A DNA stretch of 64,000 nucleotides, taken from positions 744,001-808,000 of the forward strand of contig OZ218951.1 of assembly GCA_965112735.1 (NCBI GenBank), given 5' to 3'. The DNA comes from Phaeosaccion multiseriatum (taxonomy: Eukaryota; Protista; Ochrophyta, other classes). Shown one piece after another: positions 61,272-64,000 of this stretch. The position numbers were made by a program, and so were the translations under genes. How positions within the stretch are numbered: the first letter of the stretch is position 1; every line of letters begins with the position of its first letter. The notes under the pieces are model-generated. The model was not told where the DNA came from and made no database searches. It saw nothing but the letters and a program-made list of their open reading frames with translations.

Positions 61272-64000
61272 TGTGCCGCCTGTTCATCCGCGGCATCCTC
61301 TCTGAACCACCCCACCGGCCCTAGCTGCCCCCTGCGATGGTACGGCCTCTCCCGATACTCGTGCAGCAGTTGGTCCTCCACCACATTGGCCTTGATGGGC
61401 GCAATCACCAGCCCCGTGGCACCGCTATGCACTCGGACCTTCTGTAGCCCCACCATCTCCCACTTCCTCCCTCCCCCCCCACTTCCTCCTCCTCCGGGGA
61501 TCTTCCTCCCCCAGTTGGCGCCTCCCATACCACCATGGGACCGACCGACTCCATCAGCACCACCATTCTCATCCTCCTCGTCGTCGTCGTCCTGTGGAAG
61601 TTGGTCCTCATGCCGCCAGACCTCGACTCGGAGAACCAACCCGTGCACACTAATGGATTGCGTGGGAAGCTGGGGGAACAGGGACAGGAGACTCACTACC
61701 TCCCTCTCCGCCAACACTTCCGCGGGGTAGGCGAAGCTGCCCACCGGGGAGAGGCGCATGGTGGCACGAGGAAGCACCTCTCTCTGCACAAAGATGACGC
61801 TCTCGTGTCGCGGCACCTTGCTCATCACATAGTCCCCGGGGGGCAGCTCGTCGCCGTCATCTGTGAGGAGCTTGACGGGCCGATCCACCACCACGCGGAC
61901 ATGTGCGTCTACTCCTCCATCGGCTGCCATCTCTACCTCTGCCTTGAGGACGACGAAGTCCCCCGCCAGCAGCGCTCCAGCTGCCCGACAACCGAACTGA
62001 AGCACGTCACCCTCGGCGATGGAGCAGTCGCCATAGTCGAGCACAACCCCCCCCCCTCCTCCTCTATCACCCACTGCTGCTGTACGACCAACTTCTCCTC
62101 CTCCTCCTCCTTCGGCGGCCGTGATCATCATCATACTTGCCGCTGCCCCTCCTCCTCCTCCTCCTCCTCCTCCTCCTCCTCCTCCTTTCGCCTCCTCCTC
62201 CTCCTCCTCCCTACCGAGGCCTCCGATCCCTCCACCCCCGCCATAAGAGGAGGAGCTTTTCATGTGCAGCACGGCAGAACCGTCCAGCCTGGCCTGCCAC
62301 CCCTCCACCTCCTGCCCCTTGAAGCGGATCGGGTACTTGAGATCACAAAGCTCCAACCGGTACTCGCGAGCAGGAATGTTGCGAGGCATGGACAGCTCCA
62401 CAATGGCAAAGGCGTCCTCCTCACCGCGCCCCCTCTCCTCCTCCTCCTCCTCCTCCTCGTCGTCGTCGTACTCCTCCTCCTCTTCCTCCTCCTCGCCGTC
62501 GTCTTCTTTGCCCTCCCCAGCCTTCTTCGCCGCTCCATCAGCAGCAGAGGCAGACGCATCTCCTCCTGCTACCTTACTCGCAACAGCGTTGACAGCAGCA
62601 GCAGCGCTGGAGCGACGGCGAACAGCACTAGCCCGGCGCTTCTGCTGTAGCACCAACTGCTGCTGCTGCTGTATCACCAACGACTGCTCGTTGGGAAACA
62701 CCCTCAACACCTCTACATCCGTAGCGTCGCCAACACAGCGCTTGCTCCCCTGCTCCGCCGCCTCCACACTGAGGTTGACCGGCAGCAGCCTCACCACCCA
62801 CGCCACTTTGCGTGAGGGTTGCGATACCACCTCCCCCAGACAGTTGCGCAGGTCCACTCGAAACTGCACGATATCCCCAGCGAAACACACATTCATCAGC
62901 CGTCGCTTCCCCTCCTCCTGCTGCTGCTGCTGGAGGTGCTCCTTGCCCTCCTTCTCCTCCTGCTCCTGCTCCTCCTCATCCACGCCCCCTCTACGGCTGC
63001 TGCTGCTGCTGCTGCTGACTATGTCAACAAGATCTCTCCGAGTCACCGACGTGTTCGTCCCCACAGACCCTTTGGCAAGGGGACGACTCCTCCTGGCGCC
63101 TGTCAACACCCGTATCAACCCCGCAACGGAGCAGCGCTCGTGTGCCAACATGCTACCGTAGTCGTCGGCAAGCATCATAACGGCACGGTGCAGAGAAGAG
63201 ATGAGACTCACATCGGACAGGTTGTCAAAGAGCCAGTCCAGCAGTACTTGCCGCCGAGACGGCAGCAGATGGGCATGCCGTTGTACTTGCGCCCCACCGC
63301 CGCCGCCCCCGCCCCCCTGCGTTGTACTTCCTCCTCCTCCTCCTGGCGACGATGGCCCGAAACCGAATCCCCCTCCCCGGGGGGTGGGTATGGGCGTCTG
63401 CGCGGGTGAGCCCGAGGTAGAAGAAATGGGCGAGCCAATGCCGGGACCTGACACCTGGTATCCATACGCCCCACCCCCAGCCCCCCCTCCACCCCCACCC
63501 CCTCGGCGGACGAAGGCCGTGCCCCATGTAGGCCCCCAAGTAGTGCAGGATTTAACGGGGTTTCCGTCTCGGTATGGTGAGAACCACATGTCCAAGCGGG
63601 TCTCCACCGCGTCGCCAAGGGCAGACTCCCATGCGTGCACAAAGTGATTGAGCCTCGACTTGCACTCTTTCTCCAGCGCTTTCTCTTCCTCTCGGCTGCC
63701 CACTCCAACACCGCTGGGACCTCCTCCTGCTGCTGCTGCTGCTGCTGTATCACCAACTGCGGTACTTCCTCCTCCTTCTCCTCCGCCTCTTCCCCTGGCT
63801 CGCCTGCGCAGGAGCAAAGCCGCTTTGTATGACTTAATCACACTCCTCTTGAGGCCTCTCCACACCGCTGTCTTGCGCTTCTCCCGAGGGTGCACGATGT
63901 TGTCGTCCCTGAGGTAGCTCAGGGCGGTTTGTCGCATGGAGCCCCGGACAGGAAGTTTGAGTAGCCGGATAAGGAAAGGGGCTTCTTCGCGTGCGAGGCG
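60077..64000 (-). CDS. Large uncharacterised protein, terminal exon (>1300 aa, open to the window edge)
   Basis: A single 3.9-kb stop-free frame. Globular-looking blocks alternate with low-complexity inserts. No family recognised. Confidence 0.7.

Overview
Eukaryotic nuclear DNA: GC-rich, intron-rich and full of microsatellites. It is most likely from an ochrophyte (photosynthetic stramenopile) alga, since two genes carry bipartite signal + ASAF-type plastid presequences. I rebuilt gene models by hand from splice sites. Housekeeping and signalling genes: RhoGAP (partial), an unknown membrane protein with an internal duplication, plastid Mpv17/PMP22, HID1, cis-prenyltransferase, a MANF/ARMET-like saposin protein, UCH-L type deubiquitinase, a DUF4795/QRICH2-like coiled-coil protein, a 7TM-RGS protein, peroxisomal isocitrate lyase, a LYR protein, plastid RlmN and a large unknown protein (partial). 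There are also two tandem copies of a CRE-like RLE non-LTR retrotransposon. The standout locus is 24293-29891. It encodes an MLKL-like four-helix-bundle (cell-death executioner-type) domain, a kinase with intact catalytic motifs, and 18 near-identical 132-bp armadillo repeats whose variation is concentrated on one helical face. This is a candidate single-chain sensor-kinase-executioner immune receptor with a recombinationally diversifying binding surface. It has one frameshift and sits between frameshifted CysRS and NSF gene fragments. Separately, the motif (CA)GTTGGTGATAC(AG) occurs at least 10 times across the window, often inside CAG tracts, in both exons and introns. All family calls come from motif recognition, not database searches.
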